This document shows positions 14,491 through 28,046 of a stretch of DNA of 64,000 bases, in pieces (position 1 is the stretch's first letter; each line of letters begins with the position of its first letter). Both the position numbers and the translations under genes were made by a program. The stretch is from assembly GCF_001194135.2 (NCBI RefSeq), contig NC_068983.1, forward strand, positions 66,950,245 to 67,014,244, read 5' to 3'. This DNA comes from Octopus bimaculoides (Eukaryota). A model generated the notes under the pieces. That model made no database searches. It worked only from the letters and a program-made list of their open reading frames with translations, and was not told the origin of the DNA.

Positions 14491-14812
14491 AGATATATAT
14501 ATATAATACAACTTTTGCTTTCAAAGATTTAGAGATCTTATAAACATGGAAGAAATTCATATTTCAACTTGTATTTGCATTAGAAAAAAGAAGTAAAAAT
14601 AAATGCATGCAAAAAGAACTGCATAAAATCATGCTACATTTCTATACATTTGGCATACAGACTATGCTAGGTACATTGACTTGTATATGCATACATAGTG
14701 TAATGTTTATTAGTATGTGATAATATAGAAGAGACACAGGAGGAAATGAGTCATAAACAACATGATTAGATAAGTTAATTATTCCCTACTGTACAGTTTC
14801 ACATGCTAGATT

Positions 14813-15178
14813 TTATAAATGATACACATTTGGTTTTCTTCTCGAGTTTTGTTTCAACAAAGAGGTTTTTCCCTCTTTCTCAAAGGCTGTCATTACTTTC
14901 AAGACAGTACTTCTTGATACACCAAATATTTTAGCTGTTTTCATTATGCTAGCATGTGCCATACAAGCACCAACAATTTGACCTCTTTGAAAGTCCGATA
15001 GATCTGTCATTTTTATTACCTTTTTCGGGTGATATCTGAAAAGAAGCAGCAATTTTACCAAAACATATTAATAATAAACCAAATAAACCAAAAAACATAA
15101 AAATAAATAAGCTTTTGACAGTTTTATAGATATTTCAAAATTATGATACTATGATGCTTCCATTATTTTGTCCAACCC

Positions 15179-15182
<4 letters not shown>
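14813..15182 (-). mobile_element. Tc1-like transposon 5' fragment (TIR plus N-terminal HTH)
   Basis: MTDLSDFQRGQIVGACMAHASIMKTAKIFGVSRSTVLKVMTAFEKEGKTS is a Tc1 paired-like HTH; TIR CAGGGGTTGGACAAAATAATGGAAGC at 15181-15156 abuts (TA)n. Confidence 0.9.

Positions 15183-15250
<68 letters not shown>
15182..15250. repeat. (TA)n at the Tc1 TA target site
   Basis: Read directly. Confidence 0.95.
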
Positions 15251-15252
<2 letters not shown>

Positions 15253-16259
15253 TAAATATAGAAAAGATAGTTGATTCAAATGATAGTAAAAAAAATTATT
15301 AATTATATCTGCCCAAGTAAATCCTTGCTACTAAATACAATATACATTAAAGAGAATGGGATAAAAAAAAAATCACACTTTACCCCATTTTTAACCCATT
15401 GAATTTTTACTCACGTTGTTCAGTAGCTGGGTGGATTTCATGTAAGAAATTGTATCTCATCTCCATATTTATGTAAGATGCTTTCATGTGTTAATTTGTT
15501 TCTAGAATAAAGAAATTCACAATACAGAAATTTTGGGAGCCAGAAATATCTGGTTTAGATTAAAGAGAGTTAGGCTCTTTTACTGATGAAACAATTTGGA
15601 TGTAGATGTAGCATTATAAATTTTTATTTGTAGTTCACTGATTGGTTTCCTTTTTTAATATTTCCAGACTTTTTAGAGAGTTGAAAACATTTTAAAGACA
15701 AAAAATGTTAAAACTGAGAGAAAATCACTTTGGAGGATGTTCTAATATAAATTATGTATTGTAATATGTAATTATCATTAATATGCACATAAACTTGGAT
15801 ATCAGTATCTGCTTATTGATGTAAAATAAACATAGAAATTTAATGCAATATATTGAGTCAAAACTTTTGTATCATGATATACTGATTTGAAAAAGAAAAT
15901 AAGTGAAAACCTATTTCAGTTTTTAGTGGTATTTAGAAGATATTTCTGGCTCCCAATATTTAGAAGACTAAACATGATAAAATAAAGGAACTGCAAAAAT
16001 ATTTTTAATTTACTTATTGGCCAAGCTTTATCTTCATAATTAGTTATTCTTCTATTGTTATCTACAAAAGTCAAGTGTCAGTTGACCAAATTGACATAGT
16101 AATTGCCTGCTGGCTGAATATTTGACTTTATATTGAACTTTTCTCTGCACTTTGTATGTGGCTGTAAGATTTAATAATCTACTTCATTAGTTGTAAGATA
16201 GATAACACATTGGGGTACAGGTTACCATTTCAAGGTTCAAATGGTGCAGCATGAAGGCC

Positions 16260-16260
16260 T

Positions 16261-16294
<34 letters not shown>

Positions 16295-16344
16295 AGCTGC
16301 TGCTGCTATTGCTGCCAGGACTGCCACCACCACCACTGCTGCTG

Positions 16345-16379
<35 letters not shown>

Positions 16380-16392
16380 GCTACTACTACTA
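16260..16392. repeat. Compound (CTA)n/(CTG)n/(CCA)n trinucleotide tract
   Basis: Read directly; source of the poly-Val ORF 16187..16480. Confidence 0.95.
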
Positions 16393-16630
16393 CATAAGCT
16401 GATGCTACAAATATTATTACTTTCAACACAACTACCAATATAGCTACAAATATTTTCACTATTGTTGATGATATCACCATACTAAGGCTATATGTTATCT
16501 TAACTATGTGTTACTTGTGCTGTTGTAGCAGGAATAGAATTCCTCCTCCTCGCTTTCTGATGAGAAACTCGTAGACTAAAATCTATCAGGTCTGAAACCT
16601 AATAGATGTTTGCATGAGTGTTATTCAAAT

Positions 16631-17503
16631 GTATCGAGTTGAGTCAAAATGTTTTGCAATATTTTGATTACCTATTTGATTTGTTTGTCAAGTTACAACA
16701 AATACAGCCTAGTATTCAAAGTAGAAGCCATCATGTTGCACCTGAAGCCTCTTTTCTGTCAGTTCTTTGATCCCATGCTGATTCCAGTTCTTGTCATTCG
16801 AAGTGAAAAACTCCTTCACTAAAGCTTCCTGTGAATGCAGGAAGTGAGTCGTGGATTGGAGCAAGTAATAAAAAGGAGCTAAGGTCAGACAGTATGTTTG
16901 TTGTGGTATCAGTTCAATTCTCTCGAGTCCCTGGAGTTTATTCCAGGTTATTCAAGCAGTATGAGGTCTTGCTGCAGAAGAGCACACTTTTGGTTAATCA
17001 ATGCCAGGTATTTTTGCCACACAATGGCATACATCTGATCCAGCTGTTCAGAGTACAGGTTCGCATTGATGGTTTGACTGTCCAGAACGAACTAGTTGTG
17101 AATTATCACCTCATAATTCCACTAGACTTAGAGTATTACCTTGTGCTTGAAAGGCCCATGTTTGGCAACAGATTCCAGAAGTTGACCCTTGCTTAATAAC
17201 TGCTTATGCACATTGGGATTATGGGAAAATATCTCCCTCGGATTATTACTTGTTCCAATTCATGGCTCACTTCCTGCACTTGCAATGCTTCATTGGCTAA
17301 GAGAAAGTGGAAGCTTCAACGAAGGAGTTCTTCACCTCAAAAGACAAGAACCAGCATCAGTGTGGGATGGCAAAAAGGTGGCTTCAAATGGTGCAGCATG
17401 AAGGCCTCTACTTTGAATGTTAAGCTGCTTTTGTTGTAACTTGATGAATAAAACAAATAAGTTAGGAAAATATTGAAAAATTTATGATGATTCAGCACAA
17501 TAT
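16631..17503. mobile_element. Mariner fold-back: minus-strand relic (16631-~17195) plus inverted 3' end (~17200-17503)
   Basis: Minus strand reads HKVIL..WNYE...TINANLYSEQLDQMYAIVWQKYLALINQKCALLQQD; plus strand reads SPSDYYLFQFMAHFLH...KEFFTSKDKN...QHEGLYFE; TIR-like sequence at both outer ends. Confidence 0.85.
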
Positions 17504-17739
17504 TAAACTGACTTTTTAGATAAATGATCTTAATCTGTGGATTACTATATCCATATTGCAGTACATCCTTATGTAAGTGCAATAAATTCTAAAAGCACAA
17601 GGAACATAGATTTTGCTGAATGCCAGTAGAATTCTTAGTTTCTGTTTCCTAGGAGACCTAATAAACAGTTGAGGTGGATGTTATGAAAGTATAGTAGCTA
17701 GACTAAGAACTGGCTGGAAGAAATTCAGGGAGTTATTGC

Positions 17740-18390
17740 CTTTGTTGATAACAAAAAGGCTACTATCTCTCTCAGAGTGAATGGCAGATTGTGTTATGCT
17801 TCTGTGTGAACAGCAATGTTACATGGCTGTGAAACTTGGGCCGTAAATGCAGAGAACATGCAAAGACTAGAAGGAAATGAAATTAGCGTACTTTATTGGA
17901 TGCACATCAGTGTGCTTGTACAACAAAATTCAATGTGTTGAGAGAAAAATTGGGAATAAGAGGCATCAGATGTGGTGTGCAAGAGAGAAGACTGCACTGG
18001 TATTGTTATGTGATGGGTATAGATAAGGAGAGCTGCATTAAGATTTGCCAATCACTAAATGTGGTTGAAACCTCTGGAAGGGGAAACCCAAGAAGACATA
18101 AGATAAAGTAGTGAAGAAAAAGTTCAAGATGTAGACATATAGAGGAAATAATGAAAGCCTAAGATGATTAGCAATATACTAGGCTTGAAAAGCCTCATCC
18201 AGCTTAGAAAATAATGAAGTCCTGTCAAGTCTTCCTCCACACCCTTCTAACACCCATCCATTCGTTACTCTTCTAATGATGATTTTCCTCACACAGATGC
18301 TGATGATACCATTTATCACTCTACACATCTTATCATCTCCATTTACTCTCATTTATAAGCTCCTCCTCCACCTCCACCTCCCTTATATCT
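17740..18390 (+). mobile_element. RTE-type LINE, 3' ORF fragment
   Basis: TAMLHGCETWAVNAENMQRLEGNE...VLREKLGIRGIRCGVQERRLHWYCYVMGID...GRGNPRR, a typical RTE post-RT region. Confidence 0.85.
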
Positions 18391-18639
18391 GAGAATATGT
18401 ATGTAAATAGAAAAAAATGGCATCAGATGATAATTGGAAAATAGCTTAATCAAAACAATGGGTATGATGAGGCTAACAGTTGTCCAGATCCATACATTCC
18501 TATAAATGATTTCCCAATATAAATTCATCTAATTTTTAAGAGTAATTGAGAATAGATGGATGTATCCATGTACCTGTACATGTGTGCATGTGCATGTATA
18601 CATAAACATGTACGTGTGTGCATGTGCATGTGTGTGCAT

Positions 18640-18678
<39 letters not shown>

Positions 18679-19389
18679 TTATAAGACTATAAATTTGGAT
18701 GTTTAATATCCGTTACATACTTTATTGGTTATGTTACTTTTTGGGAAGAAATGGGGACATAAGCCTAATGATAAATGTTTCTTTTTTTTCTATGACCAAA
18801 ACTCAAAATTATAGGCCTCGCTCTATGTAATTACATTCGTATAACATATAGTAGGTATATTTTTTATACTATGAAATGTCAGAAAATCTTCCATTTTCAT
18901 CTGCAATTAAATGTGTTCCTCATAGAACACTTGGCTATGTATATGAGACCAATGGGATGCAATGACAGCTTTCCTGGTGTTACCGACTAGAGGAGTTAAA
19001 TTTAACACCATGAGCTAATGAAATATTCATAATTTTTTTAATGACTTTGTAATTTAAAGCAATGAACTTAACCATCTGGTGGAAGTGTGCCAGTGAATGT
19101 TAATTTCTTGATAATTTGTGCCAGTATATCAACCCATCTTTCAGTTATTGTCCTAGCGTTGATAATTATATGTAATTTTGTATATCATTTGTTTATCTAA
19201 TGCCCATTTTTCCATGCAAGCATGAGTTGCATGGGTGCTTATTTGAGATAGAATTGTATGGCTGGATGTCCTTCTTAGTTTGCACTTAACTGTTTTTTAA
19301 GTAAGGGATTTTTTCCTTCTATGTATAATTGAAAACACAGTACACCCTATCATAATGTCAATAATAAATGTAAACATCATATCACTTTT

Positions 19390-19960
19390 CACTCAGCCAT
19401 TAGCAAGTGGATTTGCATTGCAAAGATCAAAGCCTTGTCAATTGGTAAAGTGCAAACATAACTTGTTAATCTCAGACAAAATGAAATCAAGCATGTCAAT
19501 AAGTTTACATATCTTGGAAGCTGTATTTACAACAAGGGTGATGCAGAAGTTGAAGTCAATACTCTAATACCTTCATTCAATATGGAGATCGAAAACCTTC
19601 AGTAAAAAGATAGAACTGCAGCTATATTCATTGTTATACCAACAGGCACCTATGTCTGTGAAACCTGGAAGAAGGCAGCAAAGGTCTCTCAATTGCTGGA
19701 CACGTTCTATCAACTGGCCATGTGCTTTGGTTGCCACAGGAGAGACATGCAACCACAATGATGGTGTGGACGCTAGAAGGAGATAAAAGACCAAGTAAAA
19801 GACAAAGGAAAATGTTGCACAGTATGTTCCAGTATGAGATAATAGCAGTGGGAGTCAACTTGAGTGGAGCTAAGAGGAAAGTGAGCAATCAAGATATTTG
19901 GAGAATTCTCTTTGCTTGTTGTGCTGACAGCACTGGACAATCTAAGAGCTAAGATTGACT
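19390..19960 (+). mobile_element. RTE-type LINE fragment (second subfamily)
   Basis: IKHVNKFTYLGSCIYNKGDAEVEVN...YVCETWKK...GHVLWLPQERHATTMMVWTLEGDKRP, with frameshifts. Confidence 0.85.
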
Positions 19961-20004
19961 TGCAAAACCTTGGGATATCAGTGTTTAGGCACATTTACAC
20001 ACAG

Positions 20005-20168
20005 ACATGATAGCCTTCCTACAGTTTTCATCAAACAAATTCAGTTACAAGTTATCAGTCGGTCCATGGTTACAGTAGAAGATATTTGTCCAAAGCTCTA
20101 TGTTGTTGAGTTGGACCTGAAATAGCATGGTTGCAAAGCAAACTTGTCAACCACAAAGCTATACTTGT
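20005..20168 (-). mobile_element. SINE-A 5' half, inverted
   Basis: Reverse complement aligns to 9090-9245. Confidence 0.65.
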
Positions 20169-20227
20169 GATGTGGTTTTGTAAATTTAGTTTATTAACAA
20201 TGATTATAAATTTCAAAGTTTGTTTCT

Positions 20228-20660
20228 CAACCACATGTTTACAGGTTCAGTCCCTCTGCATGGCACCTTGGGCCAGAAGTATCTTTTACTATAGCCTCGG
20301 ATTGACTTGTGGGTGGGTTTGGTAGATAGAAAATGAAAGAAGACCATCATTATATATATATATATATATGTCCCAGCATGGTCACATTCTAAAGACTGAA
20401 ACAAGCAAAAGAATAAAGAATATCTGTGTGTGTGTGTGTGTGTCTTTGTGTCTGTGTTTGTCTCCCTCCACCACTTGACAACCAGGATTAGTGTTTACAT
20501 CCCTGTAACTTAGTGGTTTTGCAAAAGAGACTAATAGAATAAGTAACAGGCTAAAAGATAAAATAAAATAAGCACTGGGGTCGATTAGTTTGACACAAAT
20601 TCCTCAAAACAATGCTCCAGCATGGCTGCAGTCTAATGACTGAAACAAGTAAAATATGAC
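20228..20660 (+). mobile_element. SINE-A, decayed
   Basis: Homologous to 9120-9480 with CpG decay. Confidence 0.8.
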
Positions 20661-21885
20661 AGATAAATGTGTATAAATTTGTTATGACTTTTTTCTTTAA
20701 GAGGTTATTTGTATTAAGAAATATTTCTTCTTTAAAACTGAAATTAAAACAAATTCTTCATTTCTCCCTCTATTTCTCATACATCTTTAAATATCTCCCT
20801 TATCATCTTCATAGTTGGCATTTATATTACTTTGTTAAATTCACTTTAATTTATTTCTTGAGGTACCAAAAGTTTTGTTGCTCAACAATGAGCTAATCAA
20901 TGTTACAATTCAAATTAGAAATGAATTTAACAGTTTTATATTTTTAAATTACTAAAATTTCTCTTCCATGATGTCATTGCTTCAGTTTTAATAGACAATC
21001 TCATATCAAGTTATTTGTTAAACAAGTACATCTCTGAAATCACCTAGATTCTTTTATATTTTTGTAATTTTCTGAATTTCATTGTTTATAAATAGTTCTG
21101 TAAGATTAAGGAATTTCTCTTAGCTGTATGTAAAAAATATACAAGGAAATTAATCCATTTGAAAGAAATATGAGATTGTAGAGAAATTTAAGATAGGTAT
21201 ACAAGGTTAGGTTTTTGAAATGTGAAATTGGATGTTCATATTCACAATGAAAGCATTCAAGTAACAAGAAAATTTGGTTAGCTCTATTTAAACTATCATT
21301 TAACTTACAGGAAGAAATAACCTGATGTAAAATGATCCAATGAACATGGTAATCTAATCACTAAGAATTGTATTTTTATAAAAATAAGTAATTTTCTTTC
21401 AGTATAGATTTTTCTCATTTCCATTTCTTCCTATTAATAATTCTTTCAGCTTTAAGAAAGGTGGAAAAATAGCTTTGATCAAGTCATTTTAGATTGAATT
21501 TATTTTCATTCTCAAAGTGCTTTATTTCAGAAAGAAATTAGTTTAATATTAACTGGTAGACTGAAAATACTTCACTGAATATGAATATCAATCACAAATA
21601 TAGTCTGGTAGAAACTGGAAGTGGAATAAAATTGACAGTGAAATAATTTTATGGAAACCAGTTATGAACATGGTTAATCGATATAGTATTAGCATTTCTG
21701 ATTCTGATTTTTATAATGATGATGTTGATGATACTGTTGATAACAGTAATTGTGTTGGCAATATTAATAATATTGATGACAATGTTGTTGCTATTGTTGT
21801 TAGAAGTAGTGGTGGTGGTGAAATTAATGATTAGGAAGGTACTTAACAGTTAAGTAATACATTATAATAAAATTATGGATATTGA

Positions 21886-21888
21886 TCG

Positions 21889-21926
<38 letters not shown>

Positions 21927-22215
21927 GTTTAACGTCCGCTTTCCATGCTAGCATAGGTTGAACGATTTGACTGAGGACTAGTGAACCGGATGGCTGCACC
22001 AGGCTCCAGTCTGATCTGGCAGAGTTTCTACAGCTGGATGCCCTTCCTAACGCCAACCACTCTGAGAGTGCAGTGGGTGCTTTTACATGCCAATAGCACG
22101 AGGGCCAGTCAGGCAGTACTGGCAACGGCTACACTCAAAATGGTGTTTTTTACGTGCCACCTGCACAGGAGCCAGTCCAGCGGCACTGGCAACGACCTCA
22201 CTTGAATGTTTTCAT
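21886..22215 (-). mobile_element. RTE-type 3' UTR with (CAT)n tail, relatively young
   Basis: (CAT)n-cgtttaacgtccgctttccatgc...ggatgcccttcctaacgccaacc; CpGs partly retained. Confidence 0.8.
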
Positions 22216-22454
22216 GTACATAGTATATATGAACTTCATATAATATGTATCTCCACCTATTTCAACTGTTTATTCATTTAATTTTTTAAATTTTATTTGA
22301 TGGAGATACATGAAACTGCAACTTAACTTGCTTTCTTCATCGGGACTTTAATGAGAACATTGTTTTTATTAGTTCATATTTAATTGGTAATTGGAAACAA
22401 ACAGCACTGCAATATGATTACATGTTATGTCCATTATGATATATATTTGTATTG

Positions 22455-22456
<2 letters not shown>

Positions 22457-22522
<66 letters not shown>

Positions 22523-22532
22523 ATGTGCGTGC
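22457..22532. repeat. (TG)n
   Basis: Read directly. Confidence 0.95.
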
Positions 22533-22647
22533 GTGATTTCAGAGACCTTGAAGAAATTAACAATGAAGAATATTAAAATTTACATTAAAAGGCTTCATGG
22601 ACTAAATTAAATTGGATAACTATAATTTTGGCAAAATATGTTGGTGT

Positions 22648-23038
22648 CCTCATTCATGGCACTCCATCGGTTATGATGATGAGGGTTCTAGTTGATCCAA
22701 TCAATGGAACAGTCTGCTTGTGAAATTAATGTGCATGTGGCTGAACACCCAACAGACAGGTGCACCCTTAACATAATTCTCAGGGAGATTTAGCATGACA
22801 CAGAATGTGACAAGGCTGGCCCTTTGAAATACAGGTCCAACAGAAACAGGAAGAAAAAGTGAGAGAAAGTTGTGGTGAAAGAGTACAGCAGGGTTTGCCA
22901 CCTACCCCTGCTGGAGCCTCGTGGAGCTTTAGGCATTTTAGCACTATAAATGCTAACAACACCCGGTTTGGGAATTGAAACCGCAATCCTACGACCACTA
23001 GTCCGCTCCCCTAACCTCTGGGCCATTGTGCCTCCACT
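22648..23038 (-). mobile_element. tRNA-derived SINE, family B
   Basis: Minus head GTGGAGGCACAATGGCCCAGAGGTTAGG...GGTTTCAATTCCC; body homologous to 27880-28046. Confidence 0.8.
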
Positions 23039-23471
23039 GTTAGTGTCCTATATATAAACACTCACACACACACATAATGTATACTACCATTTTCACCCTG
23101 TTATTCATTAGAATTTGTTTTTCCCTCTGCAAAACTTCTTAGCTGTATTCTCATTCCCAGCATTCTTTCTCTCCATCCGTTTTGTATTTCTTTCCTTATA
23201 TTTCATGCAAAAAATGTCAATCCATGAATTGATAACCTGTGGAATTATGCTTGTTACAATGTGCTCTTTTACCTTTCCTTTTTCTTTTTTTACTTTCTCT
23301 ATCTCTCTTATTGTAAACTGTAGGTTCAAAAATCAAGGTCAACTGTTGAAATTATATGCATTTAAATTTGGATAAGAGATACTAAAATCAAAATATTTGC
23401 ATTTGATATATAAAATCTGACAAAGTGTGGTGTCATAGCATTCTGAGTAAACTTTGTTTAAGTGAAATATT

Positions 23472-23672
23472 CTTTTCTATTCTAAGCACAAGGCCTGAAA
23501 TTTTTGGTGAGGGTGGGGGCAGTACACAACTGGTACTTAATTTATCGACCACAAAAGGATGAAAGGCAAAGTCAGCCTCGGCAGAATTTGAACTCAGAAC
23601 GTAAAGACAGACGAAATACCGCTAAGCCTTTTGCCCTGATGTGCTAATGTTTCTGCCAGCTTGCTGCCTTGT
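23472..23672 (-). mobile_element. tRNA-derived SINE, family C
   Basis: Head with GAGTTCAAATTC B box followed by GCCTTTCATCC...GTCGATAAATTAAGTACCAG; copies at 39860, 40080 and 48660. Confidence 0.8.
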
Positions 23673-24800
23673 TTAAGTGAAATCTTAAGTGAAATGTGAA
23701 TCAAAAGTTTCTTCATAGCCATAATATCCACTATCCTCTTCTTCCTCTCTCACTCAATCATTTCTCACATCTTCATTGAGATTAATCTCTCTTGCATTTT
23801 CTGCTTTTAAACTTCTACTTTCTGTTAATCATTACTAAACTTATACGCTCTTATTTAGTTTACCAAGCTTTCCCTTCTTCTGTATCTCTAAAATTGTGTT
23901 GTCCATTGCTATGATCACTTGCTTCTGACAATATCTGCTTCCTCTATTAATATTGATAAGATTTAATGACTTAAACATCAAATATTATATATTTCAACAT
24001 ATAAATAATACAGCCATGCATCAGGTTTCATTGTTTAACCAATTTAATATATTTGGTGCAGGTCAGAGATAATTACTCTCAGGTTTCAAAGAGGAAATAT
24101 TGGACATAAAATGCTTGAGGTACTAAATGCTGAGGGAAAGCAATATAAAGCAGACTGTTAACAACTGGTTGCTTTGGCTGTATGTCAGAGAGAATTAGAT
24201 AAGATGATTAGGGAATAATAGTTTGAACAGCAGCAATGACAGTGATGCAAACTAGCAGAAGGCAAGAAAAATCTACAGAAGTCTAACCTAAGACTTCTTC
24301 ACCCTCTACTGGTAATAACAGATAATTTATTGAATTAGCTTTTCTTGGGATAGCAAAACCAATGGCAGATAAAATGTGCAGGCTCATCATACATCTCTTT
24401 CAATGTTTTTGTGAAAATTTTATTTTCTCTGTGAAAATATGCCTTTAGGTTGATGCTAATTTTGTTAAATTTCTGAATGGAAACTTACAGACTTGGCCAA
24501 ATCCTTGGAGAAATTATGTTTAACAACTGTAGAGACTCAGAAAAACTTTGTATTAACAGGATTGTTTTTTGTAGTAAAGACAATGCTGTAATATCCTCCT
24601 TCTCTGGAACCTCATCAGAATAAATGGCTTCAGATCTTCACTCATTATAAACACTTTTTCAGTACATCAACTCTATGAAATTTATTAAAAGATCATCAGA
24701 AAAATGAAATAGAATCTTATCACCAGCTTGGGATTAGATTTGCTTTTGCATCCTTTCGAGAATCTATAGTCACACAAGTGCACGCATGTGTGTGCATGCA

Positions 24801-24848
<48 letters not shown>

Positions 24849-26490
24849 NNNNNNNNNNCACACACCCACACACACACACACACACACACACCTTGTCTTT
24901 CTTTGAATTATAAGAAATTTTTGCATCTAAAATAAACCAATATTTTTCATTAAAAACATTCTTAATCAAAGCAAGTAGCTTTCCACTTCATAGCTTTTTT
25001 TAATAAAAAACCTCTTGATATCACTTTCATCATTCGACTGTGTAGTTAGTATTGATGAATGTTAATCTTTAAAGTGAATAGTTTTCCTAGAAGGGTATAT
25101 TCAATGGCTTTTAGAGATTTTCTCTTTTAAAGAAAATACTTTCCAAGGGTGTTTTAGTAACTGAGTTTGTTTATTGCTGATAGAGAACGTTGATGAAGAG
25201 AACTATATTCCATGTGAAGTTTATGCAGCTGCGAGAGTCTTATTGAATGACTTGTTTTTATACTCAGATTGTGCTTTTATCTTTGCTTTTATTTCCTGTT
25301 TAGTAAGAAAATCACTTAAAATTTATAATCAATGAATTTGTACGTTTATTTCTGCAAAATAATTGTTATTTGCTGAGCAAGTATGCACATTACTAAAATT
25401 CTGTATTCAAACAGCAGCATTTTTATTATACCGACTGACAGTTGCACAAAATTGCTTATATACATATAACTATAGATATCAATTTTATAACATGGTTATT
25501 AAGATAAACAGGGGCTAGGAAATGTATTTTCAGGTGAATTTACAGCCTCTTTTCATATTCTTTTGACAGTTACTAGCTATGTGGGACATCTTAAACTGAA
25601 ATTATTTCATTGAAAATGTTTTGTTAATATAGTTTTATCAAATGCTTTTTTAATATAACTGTGTTTTATCTTTTATCTTTTCAAGTTTTATGCTTTAAAT
25701 CCATTTCAAGTTAACTTACACTCCAGATACTACAAATAAGCATACAAATGATTTTGATTTTTGTGCTTCATAAAATTTCATCTAGAAAATAACCTACATA
25801 AATATATGAAGTAGGTTAGCTTAGGAGTCAAGCAAGCATCAAGATAAGATTTTATAATTATAAATTGATTATCAACATCTATAGATATTATATACATGAA
25901 TAATGGGACTCTTCTGTTTGAATTTCTCCGCTTAGCTATATTATTGGCAAAAAAAGTATCACCTGTTAAATATTTCTTCTCAAACACAAAGGCCAATTTG
26001 GAAGAGCTTGTGTCAGATGAGATATGTAAAGTGTTAGGTTTAAATTCTTATACACATTCTCTTTTTACCAATCTTTATAATATGGTTGATTAACAGATAT
26101 TTCAAAGAAAATATTCATTCTGTAGAAGCAATCTCAGTGATAATGGAACTTTTATCAAATTTCTGAGTCTTGCCTGCATAAACCATGATGTTGTAACAGC
26201 AATGGGTTAAAAAAAAATTATATTATACTCAATGATATAATTTCCTGCTCTCTCAAATAATGTTATAAAGACAACTACATGTTTGAAGGAAGAAACCAAT
26301 TTATTGTCATTCTATATTTATTGTTAATTTAAAATATTCTTTAACAAACTCTTTTTTTGAAAAGCCTTTTACCTAAAAACTTTATGCTATTATGAAAAAA
26401 TTATATTTTAAGTTATTTCTTTTTATTATTCTTGGGCTTTGGTAATGTCACGTTTAAATTTTCTACTATTGCTTTCTCATTACTCAGTGA

Positions 26491-26502
26491 ATGTATGTGT
26501 GT

Positions 26503-26584
<82 letters not shown>
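26491..26584. repeat. (TG)n
   Basis: Read directly. Confidence 0.95.
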
Positions 26585-27183
26585 AAGCATGTATCTAACC
26601 TAAAACATGAGTCTTTCTTATAATGCTTGTATTTTATAAATATATTATTTGTTAGGCTTAAAGGGAAAATCAAAGGTGATTGCCGTCTTTCATCTTCTTT
26701 TATGGTAAATCATAAAATATAAACCATCATATATAAACCATTTTTTATTTGTCTTCACACTGCCCTATATATCTTCTGACATCCCTGGTTACGTACGACA
26801 TTGTTGATACAATGTCATTTCTTCGAATGCCTGTTTATAATATTTTATAGCTGATAACTCTTCATTTGAGGTAGTTTACTTCACATTTTTCTTAGACTGA
26901 ATGGCCAATATTTTGCATTGTGGTTGTCATTTGATATGCATGTATTTGGCATTATTGGTCCATATTAACCCTTAGAATGTTTTACAAGCTGTGAAGTGCA
27001 TAGTCATGTACTAACAGTTGCCAGCCCTTCAATTTCAGCAGATGGAATAAAGACTAAAATCATTGCTTTTTACTTTGCATGCTTTTTTCCTTCCTCCTGC
27101 GTTCGTTCTGTGTTTAATACAACCTAAAGTTGTTTTCTTTGATTCTGAGGAAGAATTTCAATCTGATAAGCAGTTGTCTTGAA

Positions 27184-27350
<167 letters not shown>

Positions 27351-27449
27351 TCATATTTCTATCGAAATCTTTAGTTTAAAATCAGATAATTATGAAGCTA
27401 TTTTTTGCTTTATAATTATTTTTCCTTATTTATCATTTGCCCTTTGTAT

Positions 27450-27545
27450 CTATAGTAGAAGACACTTGCCTAATGTGACACACAATTGGAGTGAATCTAG
27501 AACCACAAGGCTGGAAAACAAACTTCTTTATTCACAGCCAAATGT
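27450..27545 (-). mobile_element. SINE-A head fragment
   Basis: atagtagaagacacttgcc...cacagcca is the reverse complement of the family A head. Confidence 0.6.
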
Positions 27546-27719
27546 TTCAAACAAAGGGATATATGGTTCTCAATTAGCTGACACTTGTGATGACACAATG
27601 CTAATACTAATAGATTGACAGATTACCTATTCCAGATAATATTCTCAAATTTTAAACATTTCTAATTAGTAATTTTCAGTTAATCTGCTTTTATTTGAGA
27701 CATACATTCTGTGTTATGT

Positions 27720-28046
27720 AAAGGTGTGTGGGTTAGTGGTTAGGGTATTCAGCTTGTGGTAGTAGGATTGCAAGTTCGATTCCCATATGATGCATTGACA
27801 CTTTATTTTATGTTGTGAGCAAGACACTTTATTTCATGTTGCTCCAGTCCACTCAGTTGGCAAAAATGAGTAGTACTTGTGTTTCAAGGGGCCAGCCTTG
27901 TCTCACTTTGTGTCATGCTGAATCTCCCTGAAAACTATGTTAAGAGTACACGCGTCTGCCACTTGCACGTTAATCTCACAAGCAAGCTGTTCTGTTAATT
28001 GGATCAAATGAAACCCTCATCATCATAAGCGACAGAGTGCCAGTAC
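27720..28046 (+). mobile_element. SINE family B-related
   Basis: tRNA head (ttagtggttagg...gttcgattccc), gagcaagacactttatttcatgttgctccagtccactcag core, shared 3' body. Confidence 0.8.

Noticed and set aside
21309-21353. 45-nt minus-strand exon candidate
   Set aside because: Weak acceptor; GTAAGT is expected many times by chance in this composition.
24491-24700. Protein-like minus frame EAIYSDEVPEKEDITALSLLQ ending at gtaagt
   Set aside because: All three frames from the good acceptor contain stops.
25866-26093. Overlapping 65-72-aa ORFs on both strands
   Set aside because: No homology recognised and no convincing splice sites.
26195-26975. piggyBac-like TTAACCC / GGGTTAA ends
   Set aside because: They face the wrong way relative to each other and no matching TIR partner was found.
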